Shown here: positions 36,278 through 45,160 of the stretch, piece by piece
How the letters are laid out: every line of letters starts with the position of its first letter
Numbering within the stretch: position 1 is the first letter of the stretch
DNA from: a virus
Lineage: Duplodnaviria; Caudoviricetes
DNA: 50,022 nucleotides
IMG/VR virus record: IMGVR_UViG_3300033067_000168
Location: 1-50,022 of that record
Strand: one strand, 5' to 3'
Notes under the pieces: model-generated
The model's database searches: none
What the model was told of the DNA's origin: nothing
Seen by the model: only the letters and a program-made list of their open reading frames with translations
Position numbers and translations under genes: made by a program

Positions 36278-36499
36278 ATGAAATTATTTGAAATGTACGC
36301 TCGACCACAAGAAGGTTATCAGGATATGAATTCTGATAACAGTAAAGTCGTGTGGAAAGAAACACGCAAAAGTAAATTAACTTTACGTCAATTGCGTAAA
36401 TTGCGTAAGATGATGGATGTCAGAAACTATGAGCACACCGAGAATCTGAAAAAGGTTCGTACTCAATATAAGCCGGCAAACCCTGAACAAACGATGTAA
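36278..36499 (+). CDS. Small basic head-module protein (73 aa)
   Basis: MKLFEMY...TRKSKLTLRQLRKLRKM; lies between portal and core genes. Start moved from the track's 36263 to 36278 because the promoter motif overlaps the upstream codons. Confidence 0.75.
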   Translation: MKLFEMYARPQEGYQDMNSDNSKVVWKETRKSKLTLRQLRKLRKMMDVRNYEHTENLKKVRTQYKPANPEQTM

Positions 36500-36524
36500 T
36501 ATACTATATTCTAGTGAAAAACGT

Positions 36525-36555
36525 AAAAAAATAGCACTTATTGTGCTATTTTTTT
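36525..36555. terminator. Bidirectional intrinsic terminator
   Basis: A7-TAGCAC-TTATT-GTGCTA-T7; followed by ACTAAATA at 36564-36571. Confidence 0.8.
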
Positions 36556-36608
36556 GCATAGCCACTAAATATTTTTACAAAAGCCATTTACCTTAGGAGA
36601 AATTAATA

Positions 36609-37445
36609 ATGGATAACAAAAAATTTGAACAACTCATTGATTTGATTATCAATGAGAATGAAGAACAAGCTCGTGCTATGTTCCACGATATCGTGGTAGA
36701 AAAGTCACGTGAAATTTATGAATCAATCATGGACGATGAATTCAGCCAGGATCAAGTTGGTGGCTTAGCCGACGAAATTCAAGTTGAAGAAGAAGGTATG
36801 GTTGAAGCCGAAGACGAATTTGCTGATATCGGTGATGACGATGGCGAAGAAGAAGTAGCTTTAGACTCTGATGATATCGGTGGCGAAGAAACAGGTGAAG
36901 AAGACCTAGAAGACCGCGTTGTTGACTTGGAAGACAAGTTAGACGAATTGATGGCTGAATTTGAATCAATCATGTCAGGCGAAGAAGGCGGCGACATGGG
37001 CGGTGAAGAAGAATTTGGTGGCGACATGGGCGGTGAAGACATGGGCGACGAAATGATGGAAGGCGAAGAAGAAGATTTGGAAGAGTCAGAAGATGACGAA
37101 GAAGAAACTTTGGAAGAAGCTGTTCAATTGCAAAAAGTTTCCGTAACACACGGCGACAACGGTACTAACACTAAGTCAATCGTTTCTAACGGTCCTAAAG
37201 TAGGCGGTAACGGTGCAAAAGCTGTAAACTTCACATCAGGTGAGTCAACTAAAGGTGGCACACAAGGTGGTTTGTTGAACCCAGCTACTAAAGACTTGAA
37301 GGGTGCAGGTTCATTCAAGAACGCTCCAGGTCAAAAAGGTCAAAAACTAGACACAGCTCCAAAAGCTAAACATGGTGATGACGGACAAAATACAAAATCA
37401 ATCGTTGGCGAGTCTCGCAAGACTGTCAAGCGTATTGTTAAGTAA
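36609..37445 (+). CDS. Acidic prohead core / scaffolding-type protein
   Basis: 278 aa, very Asp/Glu-rich centre and basic Gly-rich C-terminus; AGGAG RBS; occupies the gp67/gp68 position before the protease. Confidence 0.65.
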   Translation: MDNKKFEQLIDLIINENEEQARAMFHDIVVEKSREIYESIMDDEFSQDQVGGLADEIQVEEEGMVEAEDEFADIGDDDGEEEVALDSDDIGGEETGEEDLEDRVVDLEDKLDELMAEFESIMSGEEGGDMGGEEEFGGDMGGEDMGDEMMEGEEEDLEESEDDEEETLEEAVQLQKVSVTHGDNGTNTKSIVSNGPKVGGNGAKAVNFTSGESTKGGTQGGLLNPATKDLKGAGSFKNAPGQKGQKLDTAPKAKHGDDGQNTKSIVGESRKTVKRIVK

Positions 37446-37459
37446 GGACACCTAAGATA

Positions 37460-38095
37460 ATGGCTTTGTATCTTAAAGAGAACTTAACATTCGACCGCGC
37501 TAATATGGTGGTCGAGTCTGTTAAGGAAGACGGTGATAAGAAGTCCCTTTATATGAAAGGGATCTTCATTCAGGGCGGGGTTAAAAACGCAAATGAGCGT
37601 GTTTACCCTGTTTCTGAAATTGAATCTGCTGTTAATGCTCTAAATGAACAAATCAGTACAGGCTATAGTGTTCTTGGCGAAGTTGACCACCCAGATGATT
37701 TAAAAATCAACTTAGACCGTGTATCACATATGATTACTCAAATGTGGATGGATGGTGCTAATGGGTTCGGCAAGTTAAAGATTTTACCAACTCCAATGGG
37801 TCAATTAGTTTCGACCATGTTGGAGAGTGGTGTAAAGTTAGGCGTTTCTAGTCGTGGTAGCGGTAACGTGAATGACATGAACGGCCAAGTTAGTGACTTT
37901 GAAATAGTCACGGTTGATATTGTCGCTCAACCTAGCGCACCTAATGCGTATCCAAAAGCAATCTATGAAGGCATGATGAATATGCGTCATGGTCATAGAG
38001 TTTTAGATATTGCTAAAGATGCACAAACAGACAAGAAAGTACAGAGATACCTGAAGGAGGAAGTAATGCGCCTCATCAAGGACCTCAAAATTTAA
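37460..38095 (+). CDS. gp21: Prohead protease
   Basis: GIFIQGGVKNANERVYP, LGEVDHP, VSH and LGVSSRGSG catalytic motifs, VDIVAQPSAPNAY. Confidence 0.95.
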   Translation: MALYLKENLTFDRANMVVESVKEDGDKKSLYMKGIFIQGGVKNANERVYPVSEIESAVNALNEQISTGYSVLGEVDHPDDLKINLDRVSHMITQMWMDGANGFGKLKILPTPMGQLVSTMLESGVKLGVSSRGSGNVNDMNGQVSDFEIVTVDIVAQPSAPNAYPKAIYEGMMNMRHGHRVLDIAKDAQTDKKVQRYLKEEVMRLIKDLKI

Positions 38096-38109
38096 CAAGG
38101 GGATTACGC

Positions 38110-39207
38110 ATGTTAGATGCAATCAAACCATTACTTGAGAGTGGACTTATCAACGAAGAAACTTCTACAGCTTTGAATGAAGCATGGGAATCTAAGTTGA
38201 ATGAAGCTCGTGAGCAAGTACGTTCAGAGTTGCGTGAAGAATTCGCACAACGTTATGAACATGACAAGACAGTTATGGTAGAAGCCTTGGATAAAATGGT
38301 AACTGATGGCTTACAAGCTGAGATTGAAGAATTTCAAGCTGAAAAGCAAGCAATGAACGAAGACCGCGTTAAAGCACAAGTAAAATTACGTGAAAACGTA
38401 AGCAAGTTCAATGATTTCATGGTTAAACACCTATCAGAAGAAATCAAAGAACTACGTGCAGAGCGTAAACTACAGTTAGAAAGTCAGCAAAAGTTGGAGC
38501 AATTCGTTGTTTCTGCTTTGGCACGTGAAATCAAAGAATTCTCACAAGACAAGCAAGCTGTTGTTGAAGCTAAGGTTAAGTTAGTTGCTGAAGGTCGTTC
38601 ACAACTTGAAGCATTGAAGGCACGTTTCGTGTCAGAATCTGCTAAGAGAGTAAACGAAGCTGTTGCTAAACATCTAAAAGGTGAAATGACTCAATTGAAA
38701 GAAGATATCAAGACTGCTCGTGAAAACGATTTTGGTCGCCGTATTTTCGAATCTTTCGCTACAGAATTCAGTGCTACTCATTTGAATGAGAAGGCTGAAA
38801 CTCGTAAGCTAATGTCTGCATTAGCACAGAAAGAAATTCAATTAGCCGAATCTACAAAACAAATCGCTCAAACTAAGAAATTAGTAGAAAGCAAAGAACG
38901 TGAAGTTCGCATTATCAGAGAATCTAATAGTCGCCAAAAGACTATGGATGAGCTACTATCTTCATTAAATGAAGAAAAAGCAACTGTAATGAAGAACTTA
39001 CTAGAAAGCGTACAGACCCCGCGTCTACAAGCCGCTTTCGATAAGTATTTACCAGCAGTATTAAGCACACAACCTGCAAAGAAAGCTGAAAAGCAAGTAA
39101 TTAAGGAAAGTGTACAAGAAGTTACTGGTAATAAATCTGCCGCACACCATGTTGAAGTCGAAGAACGTGATAACGTTATCGCTTTGAAGCGTTTGGCAGG
39201 GCTCTAA
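38110..39207 (+). CDS. gp22: Prohead scaffolding protein
   Basis: 365 aa coiled-coil, Glu/Lys-rich; lies between protease and major capsid; ends LKRLAGL. Confidence 0.8.
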   Translation: MLDAIKPLLESGLINEETSTALNEAWESKLNEAREQVRSELREEFAQRYEHDKTVMVEALDKMVTDGLQAEIEEFQAEKQAMNEDRVKAQVKLRENVSKFNDFMVKHLSEEIKELRAERKLQLESQQKLEQFVVSALAREIKEFSQDKQAVVEAKVKLVAEGRSQLEALKARFVSESAKRVNEAVAKHLKGEMTQLKEDIKTARENDFGRRIFESFATEFSATHLNEKAETRKLMSALAQKEIQLAESTKQIAQTKKLVESKEREVRIIRESNSRQKTMDELLSSLNEEKATVMKNLLESVQTPRLQAAFDKYLPAVLSTQPAKKAEKQVIKESVQEVTGNKSAAHHVEVEERDNVIALKRLAGL

Positions 39208-39237
39208 ACAAGACATAAAAATTAGGAGATTATAAAA

Positions 39238-40419
39238 ATGTCACAAGTTCTATTAGAAAGCCGTTGGGACGAGACCAAAGAAACCCTGCTAGAAGGTCTA
39301 AAAGGTACTCGCCGTTCAACTATGGGTGTAATCTTAGAAAACACTCGCAAGCATTTGGCTGAAAGCGCCTCTGCTGGTACAACACAAGCTGGTAACGTAG
39401 CTACACTTAACCGTGTTATTCTACCTGTTATCCGTCGTGTAATGCCAACAGTTATCGCTAACGAATTGGTTGGTGTACAACCGATGACTGGTCCAGTTGG
39501 TCAAATCCACACGCTACGTGTACGTTATGCTAACGACTCTGTTAACAACGTAAACAGCTCACAAAACACAACAGCCGGTGAAGAAGCTCTTTCACCATTC
39601 AAGATTGCAGAACAGTATTCTGGTGCTGCATCAGGTAAGGCTAATCCTACAGCTTCTATGGAAGCTACTGGTGGTCGTCAAATCAGCGTACAAATCTTGC
39701 GTCAAGCTGTTGAAGCTAAGTCACGTAAGTTGCAAGCACGTTGGACATTTGAAGCTGCGCAAGATGCACAGTCTCAACATGGTATTGACGTAGAAGCAGA
39801 AATTATGGCTGCTTTGGCACAAGAAATCACTGCTGAAATCGACCAAGAAATCTTGACTTCTTTGGGCGCATTGGCAACTTCTGAAGATACATACAACCAA
39901 GCTAACGTTTCTGGTACAGCAACTTTCGTTGGTGACGAACACGCTGCTTTGGCTGTTCTTATCAACCGTGCTGCTAACCGTATCGCTCAACGCACTCGTC
40001 GTGGTGCTGGTAACTGGGCTGTTGTTTCTCCAGCTGCATTAACAGTATTGCAATCTGCAACTACTTCAGCGTTTGCTCGTACAACAGAAGGTACATTCGA
40101 AGCTCCAACAAACACAAAGTTAGTTGGTACATTGAACGGTGCAATGAAAGTTTATGTAAACTCATATGCTGTTGATTCATCTCCAGTATTGGTTGGTTAC
40201 AAAGGTTCATCAGAGACAGATGCAGCGGCATTCTATTGCCCATACATCCCATTGATGAGTTCTGGTGTTGTTCTAGACCCAACTACATTCGAACCAGTCG
40301 TATCATTTATGACTCGTTACGGTTATGTTGAGTTGACAAACACAGCATCTTCGTTCGGTAACGCTGCTGATTATCTATCAGCTATCGCTATCAACGCTGA
40401 TAACCTATCATTCTATTAA
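39238..40419 (+). CDS. gp23: Major capsid protein
   Basis: IRRVMPTVIANELVGVQPMTGPVG, AKSRKLQARWTFEAAQD, EITAEID, FYCPYIPL, FMTRYG are gp23-family motifs; AGGAG RBS. Confidence 0.97.
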   Translation: MSQVLLESRWDETKETLLEGLKGTRRSTMGVILENTRKHLAESASAGTTQAGNVATLNRVILPVIRRVMPTVIANELVGVQPMTGPVGQIHTLRVRYANDSVNNVNSSQNTTAGEEALSPFKIAEQYSGAASGKANPTASMEATGGRQISVQILRQAVEAKSRKLQARWTFEAAQDAQSQHGIDVEAEIMAALAQEITAEIDQEILTSLGALATSEDTYNQANVSGTATFVGDEHAALAVLINRAANRIAQRTRRGAGNWAVVSPAALTVLQSATTSAFARTTEGTFEAPTNTKLVGTLNGAMKVYVNSYAVDSSPVLVGYKGSSETDAAAFYCPYIPLMSSGVVLDPTTFEPVVSFMTRYGYVELTNTASSFGNAADYLSAIAINADNLSFY

Positions 40420-40463
40420 TCAATAGAAATAGCTTTTTACCCTCGGGATGGGAAGTTACAATT

Positions 40464-40487
40464 AAGCACTCTTCGGAGTGCTTTTTT
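40464..40487 (+). terminator. Intrinsic terminator after the major capsid gene
   Basis: AAGCACTC-TTCG-GAGTGC-TTTTTT. Confidence 0.9.
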
Positions 40488-40548
40488 GTTTCTGAGATAA
40501 ATAGTAACATGCACTTCTATATGAAATGCAACATTTTAGGAAATTATT

Positions 40549-40920
40549 ATGGCAGCAAATAATGCAAAAATTCACGGAGCAACTCTCCCACAGACAACTT
40601 TCGCAACACGTAAACTAGCGTTCGTAGTTGTTGATATGAACACAGATGTTGAAACAGATTTCGACACAATCGGTTCAACATACCAAAAAGCAGTTCAAGG
40701 CATTCAGCAAATCGCTGAAATTTATGCTTTGGGTCAACCTAATGGTCAATTGTTCACTGTTATCTTATCTGATGACACATTACCATATGACGATGGGCAA
40801 GAGTTTGCAGACGGCGGCGAAAATTCTCCATTGTCACGTGTAATCCGTGAATCTTCAGGTGTACAAGGTGCTTGGGCATGGAACGCACGTTTAGACGGCA
40901 ACAATTTAAACTACGATTAA
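40549..40920 (+). CDS. Hypothetical protein, probable virion/head-associated (123 aa)
   Basis: Own promoter, RBS and terminator immediately after the capsid gene; starts MAANNAKIHG. Confidence 0.8.
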   Translation: MAANNAKIHGATLPQTTFATRKLAFVVVDMNTDVETDFDTIGSTYQKAVQGIQQIAEIYALGQPNGQLFTVILSDDTLPYDDGQEFADGGENSPLSRVIRESSGVQGAWAWNARLDGNNLNYD

Positions 40921-40933
40921 TCATTCATTGAAT

Positions 40934-40969
40934 GCAATAAAAGCACTCTTCGGGGTGCTTTTTTATTGC
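40934..40969 (+). terminator. Intrinsic terminator
   Basis: GCAATAAAAGCACTC-TTCG-GGGTGCTTTTTTATTGC. Confidence 0.88.
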
Positions 40970-41028
40970 CTGGCATAAATAATATTATGCACTTCTATAT
41001 GAAGGCAACATTTTAAAGGAAAAATATC

Positions 41029-41289
41029 ATGGCAGCAAACAATGCAAAAATTCACGGTTTAACAGCTCCAGCAGCTTCATTCGTAGGTAAAGACCTAATC
41101 TGGATCGCTAACGACGGTAACATGAGCGACATCGCAGACGCAACAGCAGCTATCACAGCAGCACAACAAGAAGTCACAGTTATGATTATCGGTCAAGGCA
41201 CAGCAGACGGTATCATCTTGGGCGTTGAAGGTAAAGTACCATCAGGTTGGTATCAAGTTGCTATCTCTGGTTTGACATTCGTTGACTAA
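41029..41289 (+). CDS. Hypothetical protein, probable virion/head-associated (86 aa), paralog of the preceding gene
   Basis: Identical first 10 residues MAANNAKIHG; AAGGA RBS; own promoter and terminator. Confidence 0.8.
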   Translation: MAANNAKIHGLTAPAASFVGKDLIWIANDGNMSDIADATAAITAAQQEVTVMIIGQGTADGIILGVEGKVPSGWYQVAISGLTFVD

Positions 41290-41308
41290 TTAGTGAATTA
41301 CTAAAAAC

Positions 41309-41335
41309 AAAAAGCACACTTCGGTGTGCTTTTTT
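41309..41335 (+). terminator. Intrinsic terminator
   Basis: AAAAAGCACAC-TTCG-GTGTGCTTTTTT; followed by GATAAATA at 41367-41374. Confidence 0.88.
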
Positions 41336-41402
41336 ATTGGCTGTCAGATGCTAATGAATCATAAATGATAAATACATTATAAAATAATATTTGGGACCAT
41401 TC

Positions 41403-42089
41403 ATGGCAGTAGATCCATTCAATTCAGTAGGCGGTTATACAGTTGGCATTCCTCCAATGCCATTAGTAAGTGAGACCGGTGTAATTACTGCACCTAGTGC
41501 AACTATTGGTAACATCAGTGCTAATAATATAACAGCCACTGGCAACGTTGAAGCTACACTATTCAAAGGAAGTTTTGAAGGTACTATTTCAGGTACATTA
41601 GTAGTTCCAGGATCATCTAGTGAAGTATTGTTTAATGATGGCGGTAATGCAGGCGCAAACTTTGGATTTACGTTCGACTCGACTGCGCAGTTAGTAACTA
41701 TCTCGGGAGATTTAGTTGCAAATTCATTTACATTGGGCTCAGGTCCAAATGAATTTTCTACATCGTCTGTAATGTTTTCTGTCACAACAAGTGCAGCACC
41801 TACACAAATCTTACATACCCAATCACAAAGTCTAATATCATCTGTTGACTATACAATCATTGCAACAGATACAGTGTTAAACATTAGACAAACTAGTAAG
41901 TTAATTGCTAGTGTATTGGGAAGTGAAGTTGGTTATTTCGAGTACGGAACAATTGACGTTCCCTTCGAGAGTCCAGGCGTAGCAGACTTTAAAGTTGAAA
42001 ATATTTCAGGCAATGTTGTGTTAACTGTACAACCGAATACATCACATAGAACAACATACAAAATAATGGTAACAAGTTATAAAGAATAA
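41403..42089 (+). CDS. Fibre-like virion protein
   Basis: Start moved to ATG 41403 (MAVDPFNSVGG) by similarity to the next gene (MAIRTFNSVGG); beta-rich, PGSSSEVLFNDGG module. Confidence 0.7.
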   Translation: MAVDPFNSVGGYTVGIPPMPLVSETGVITAPSATIGNISANNITATGNVEATLFKGSFEGTISGTLVVPGSSSEVLFNDGGNAGANFGFTFDSTAQLVTISGDLVANSFTLGSGPNEFSTSSVMFSVTTSAAPTQILHTQSQSLISSVDYTIIATDTVLNIRQTSKLIASVLGSEVGYFEYGTIDVPFESPGVADFKVENISGNVVLTVQPNTSHRTTYKIMVTSYKE

Positions 42090-42100
42090 GGAAAAGACAA

Positions 42101-43981
42101 ATGGCAATTAGAACCTTTAACTCGGTAGGTGGATTCTCAGTAGGCGAAACCCCGTCAACGGTTATTTTACCCAACGGTGATATCACTACCGATTTTGGAA
42201 CATTCACCGCAAACTTAGATGCAGGCGCACTTAAAACAGATAGCCTATTACATGCGAATGGTGTGCCGTGGGACTTCCAACAACCAGCAGGTGTTGCGAA
42301 CGGACAAGTTCAGTATTACTTGGATGGTGAATTCGGCGCTTCAAGTAAGTTCTCATTTAACCCTACATCAAATGTATTAACAGTATTAGGTACTGCTAAC
42401 ATTACAACAGTTAACACTTCTGGTCAAATCGTATCTGAAGGTAACGTTACTGCACCTAACTTCATTGGTAACTTAGTTGGTAACGTTTCAGGTAATATTA
42501 CTTCTCCTGGAACTAACACTGAAGTGTTGTTTAATGATAACGGATTGATTGGCGCAAACGCAAAGATGTACTTTGATAAAACATCAGGTACATTGACTGC
42601 TAATTACTATGCAGGTACATTAACTACTAATGCTCAGCCAAACATTACTTCTGTCGGGGCACTAACCTCACTAACAGTTAATACAACCGTTACTACTGCT
42701 AACGTTGCAACTGGCAACTTGAGTGTAACAGGCAGAGTAACAACAAGCGTAATTCCAGGTAATGATAACACTTATGATTTGGGTAGCTCGTCATATCAAT
42801 GGCGTAACGCTTGGGTGGGTTCAAACTTGTTTATCGGTGGCGCAGATGCTTACATTCGTGCTATTGGTAATGTCTTATACAGTGATGCTCAATACCTTGA
42901 AAATAATATCAACGTTGGATCATTAACTGTACGTTCAGGCACAGCATTGCAAGGTGACTTGACTGTATCAGGTAATTTAACTGTCAGCGGTGGAACTACA
43001 TACGTTAACGTCAGTAACATGGCAGTTGAAGATCCGTTGATTAACTTAGGCGGCAGCGGCGGTGGTGCAGATGCTACTTCATACGATGGTATGGATCGTG
43101 GTCTTGTTTTAAAGAACTATAAGTCTGATGGCTCAGAAGCAGTTAATCAAGCGTTCATTTGGAGCACAGGTAATAGTGAATTCCGAGCAATCGCTGACGT
43201 TGCTGATATCACAAACGAGATTGTAACTCCAAACGCATATGCGAACATTCACGCTAAGACTTTCTTGGGTAATGTTGAGGGAACAATCTTAACCGCTTCA
43301 CAAACAAACATTACTACTGTTGGTACTTTGACCAACGCAACTATTGCAGGCAACTTACAAGTTAATAACACTGCAAACATTAACTCATTGAGAGCAAGTG
43401 GATTAACATACCCATCAAATGACGGATCATCTTCTCAAGTAATGAGTACAGATGGTACTGGTAATTTATACTGGGCCACAATTGATACGTACAGAATTCA
43501 AAACGGTACTAGTAATGTTGTAGTAACACAAAACAGTGACGTTAACATTAGTGTAGGTGGAACTGCTAACGTCTTTAAAGTCAAGACAACTGGCGCAAAC
43601 GTAACAGGAGCTTTAGGTGTATCTGGTGCAACTACAACAGGCACATTAGTAATTGGTGGCAGTGAAGTAGGTTCATACACTATTACTACTAATAGTATCC
43701 TAAGTGCTAATATCATTGCATTGGATTACACATCATTCAGAGGTGTTGAATTCTTTGTTAAAGGAGAAGACGGAACAGGAAGTAAGTTCAGTGTTGCTAC
43801 TATTTCTGCTGTGCATGATGAAACTGACGTTGATTGGTCAACATATGCCACAGTTAACTTAGGTGGTTCTACTGGCTCGTTTGATGTTAATATGGACACC
43901 GAACTAGAACAATTGGTTCTCTCAGTAACACCGTCAAGTAGTAACTCTACATCTTGGACGGTACAGTATAGAACAATTTAA
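42101..43981 (+). CDS. Fibre-like virion protein
   Basis: 626 aa Thr/Asn/Gly-rich; AQPNITSVG, YDLGSSSYQWRN, GNLTVSG...EDPLINL...DRGL modules typical of phage fibre shafts. Confidence 0.75.
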   Translation: MAIRTFNSVGGFSVGETPSTVILPNGDITTDFGTFTANLDAGALKTDSLLHANGVPWDFQQPAGVANGQVQYYLDGEFGASSKFSFNPTSNVLTVLGTANITTVNTSGQIVSEGNVTAPNFIGNLVGNVSGNITSPGTNTEVLFNDNGLIGANAKMYFDKTSGTLTANYYAGTLTTNAQPNITSVGALTSLTVNTTVTTANVATGNLSVTGRVTTSVIPGNDNTYDLGSSSYQWRNAWVGSNLFIGGADAYIRAIGNVLYSDAQYLENNINVGSLTVRSGTALQGDLTVSGNLTVSGGTTYVNVSNMAVEDPLINLGGSGGGADATSYDGMDRGLVLKNYKSDGSEAVNQAFIWSTGNSEFRAIADVADITNEIVTPNAYANIHAKTFLGNVEGTILTASQTNITTVGTLTNATIAGNLQVNNTANINSLRASGLTYPSNDGSSSQVMSTDGTGNLYWATIDTYRIQNGTSNVVVTQNSDVNISVGGTANVFKVKTTGANVTGALGVSGATTTGTLVIGGSEVGSYTITTNSILSANIIALDYTSFRGVEFFVKGEDGTGSKFSVATISAVHDETDVDWSTYATVNLGGSTGSFDVNMDTELEQLVLSVTPSSSNSTSWTVQYRTI

Positions 43982-44005
43982 TAACGCCAGATAACGGAAA
44001 CTTAT

Positions 44006-45142
44006 ATGGCAATTAAAAAGTTCAACGCAATCGCAGGTATCTCAGTAGGAGATACTGTGATTTATGAAGTGATTGATAATGCAGCAAACGTTGCTGCAAA
44101 TAATCTCACGGTTACCGCTTTATCTGATTTAGGTGATGCATCAAACGTAACTATTACCGGCGGCTCTGCTGGATATGTGTTGACTACTAACGGTCAAGGT
44201 AATTTAAGTTGGGAGCCCGGAGGCTCAGGTGGAACAGGGCAGTCAGGCTTTACTTCTGTAATTAAGAATAATTTTGTAGGCAACGACACTCAAACTATCT
44301 TTTATCTTACTGAGACTCCTAGTTCTTCTGACAATGTACAAGTTAACATAGACGGTCTGATTCAACAAGAATCAACGTTCACTATTAATAACGGAGCGGT
44401 TGTTTTTGATTCTCCACCTGAATCAGGACAACGAATCGAAGTAACGGTATTTCATACTATTACTATCGGTAATGACACTGAGATTATTTTTAATAACGGT
44501 GGGTTTGTTGACACTGATAGTGGGTTCACTTTCGACAGTTCGACTAGCACCTTGTATGCACCTAACATTACAACGTCAGGTACTATACTTGCTAATACTA
44601 TCACATCCAATTCAAACATTACTGCATCAGGTGGCTACCTAACATTAGACGCTGGTGTAATTGCAGTATCAGGCACAACTGCTGGTTTATTCACTACAAA
44701 TATTTCTAACGTAAATATTGGTTTATCTGGTAATGTTACGTTAGGATCAACAAGTGGCAACGTTATTGTACGTGGGAACTTCGTTGCTAACTCGTTCTCA
44801 TCTAATACAGCAATTGCTTCTCCTGGCATAGTTAGTGGTAACCCAGTAATAAGCGTACCTGAATCTGAAACAGTAACGATAGATTCGTTCTCGGCTGGAG
44901 ATTTTAGGTCAGCTAAATATATTATAAGAGCAAGTAGCGATTTCGGATTTCAATCTCTTGAAGTCTTGTTGATACACAATGATGTAGATTCTTATATAAC
45001 AATATACGGTGACATATCAACTGATGATGTTGATGTTGTCGAAATCACATCTGAAATGTCAGCAGGAAATATCGAGTTATATGCAACTGCAATTGCTGCG
45101 AACACTACAATAAGAATAATGGGGACATACTTGGCTGACTAA
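44006..45142 (+). CDS. Fibre-like virion protein
   Basis: 378 aa; GYVLTTNGQGNLSW linker, VNIDGLIQ small beta domain, C-terminal FRSAKYII domain shared with neighbours. Confidence 0.72.
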   Translation: MAIKKFNAIAGISVGDTVIYEVIDNAANVAANNLTVTALSDLGDASNVTITGGSAGYVLTTNGQGNLSWEPGGSGGTGQSGFTSVIKNNFVGNDTQTIFYLTETPSSSDNVQVNIDGLIQQESTFTINNGAVVFDSPPESGQRIEVTVFHTITIGNDTEIIFNNGGFVDTDSGFTFDSSTSTLYAPNITTSGTILANTITSNSNITASGGYLTLDAGVIAVSGTTAGLFTTNISNVNIGLSGNVTLGSTSGNVIVRGNFVANSFSSNTAIASPGIVSGNPVISVPESETVTIDSFSAGDFRSAKYIIRASSDFGFQSLEVLLIHNDVDSYITIYGDISTDDVDVVEITSEMSAGNIELYATAIAANTTIRIMGTYLAD

Positions 45143-45160
45143 GCTGAGTATGAAATACAA

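Larger units (their letters stand above)
40464..41057 (+). repeat. Imperfect direct repeat of ~115 nt (40464-40577 and 40941-41057): terminator, late promoter, leader, RBS and first 10 codons
   Basis: Shared AAGCACTCTTCGG, ATAAATA, ATGCACTTCTATATGAA, GCAACATTTTA, AGGAAA and ATGGCAGCAAA(T/C)AATGCAAAAATTCACGG. Confidence 0.9.

Noticed and set aside
36975-37050. GGCGACATGGGCGGTGAAGA short repeats
   Set aside because: They encode the GGDMGGE low-complexity acidic linker of the core protein; an ordinary coding repeat.
40464-41335. Repeated AAGCAC...TTCGG...GTGCTT elements as a CRISPR array or mobile repeat
   Set aside because: Only three copies, 370-480 nt apart, each directly after a stop codon with a U-tract; they are terminators.
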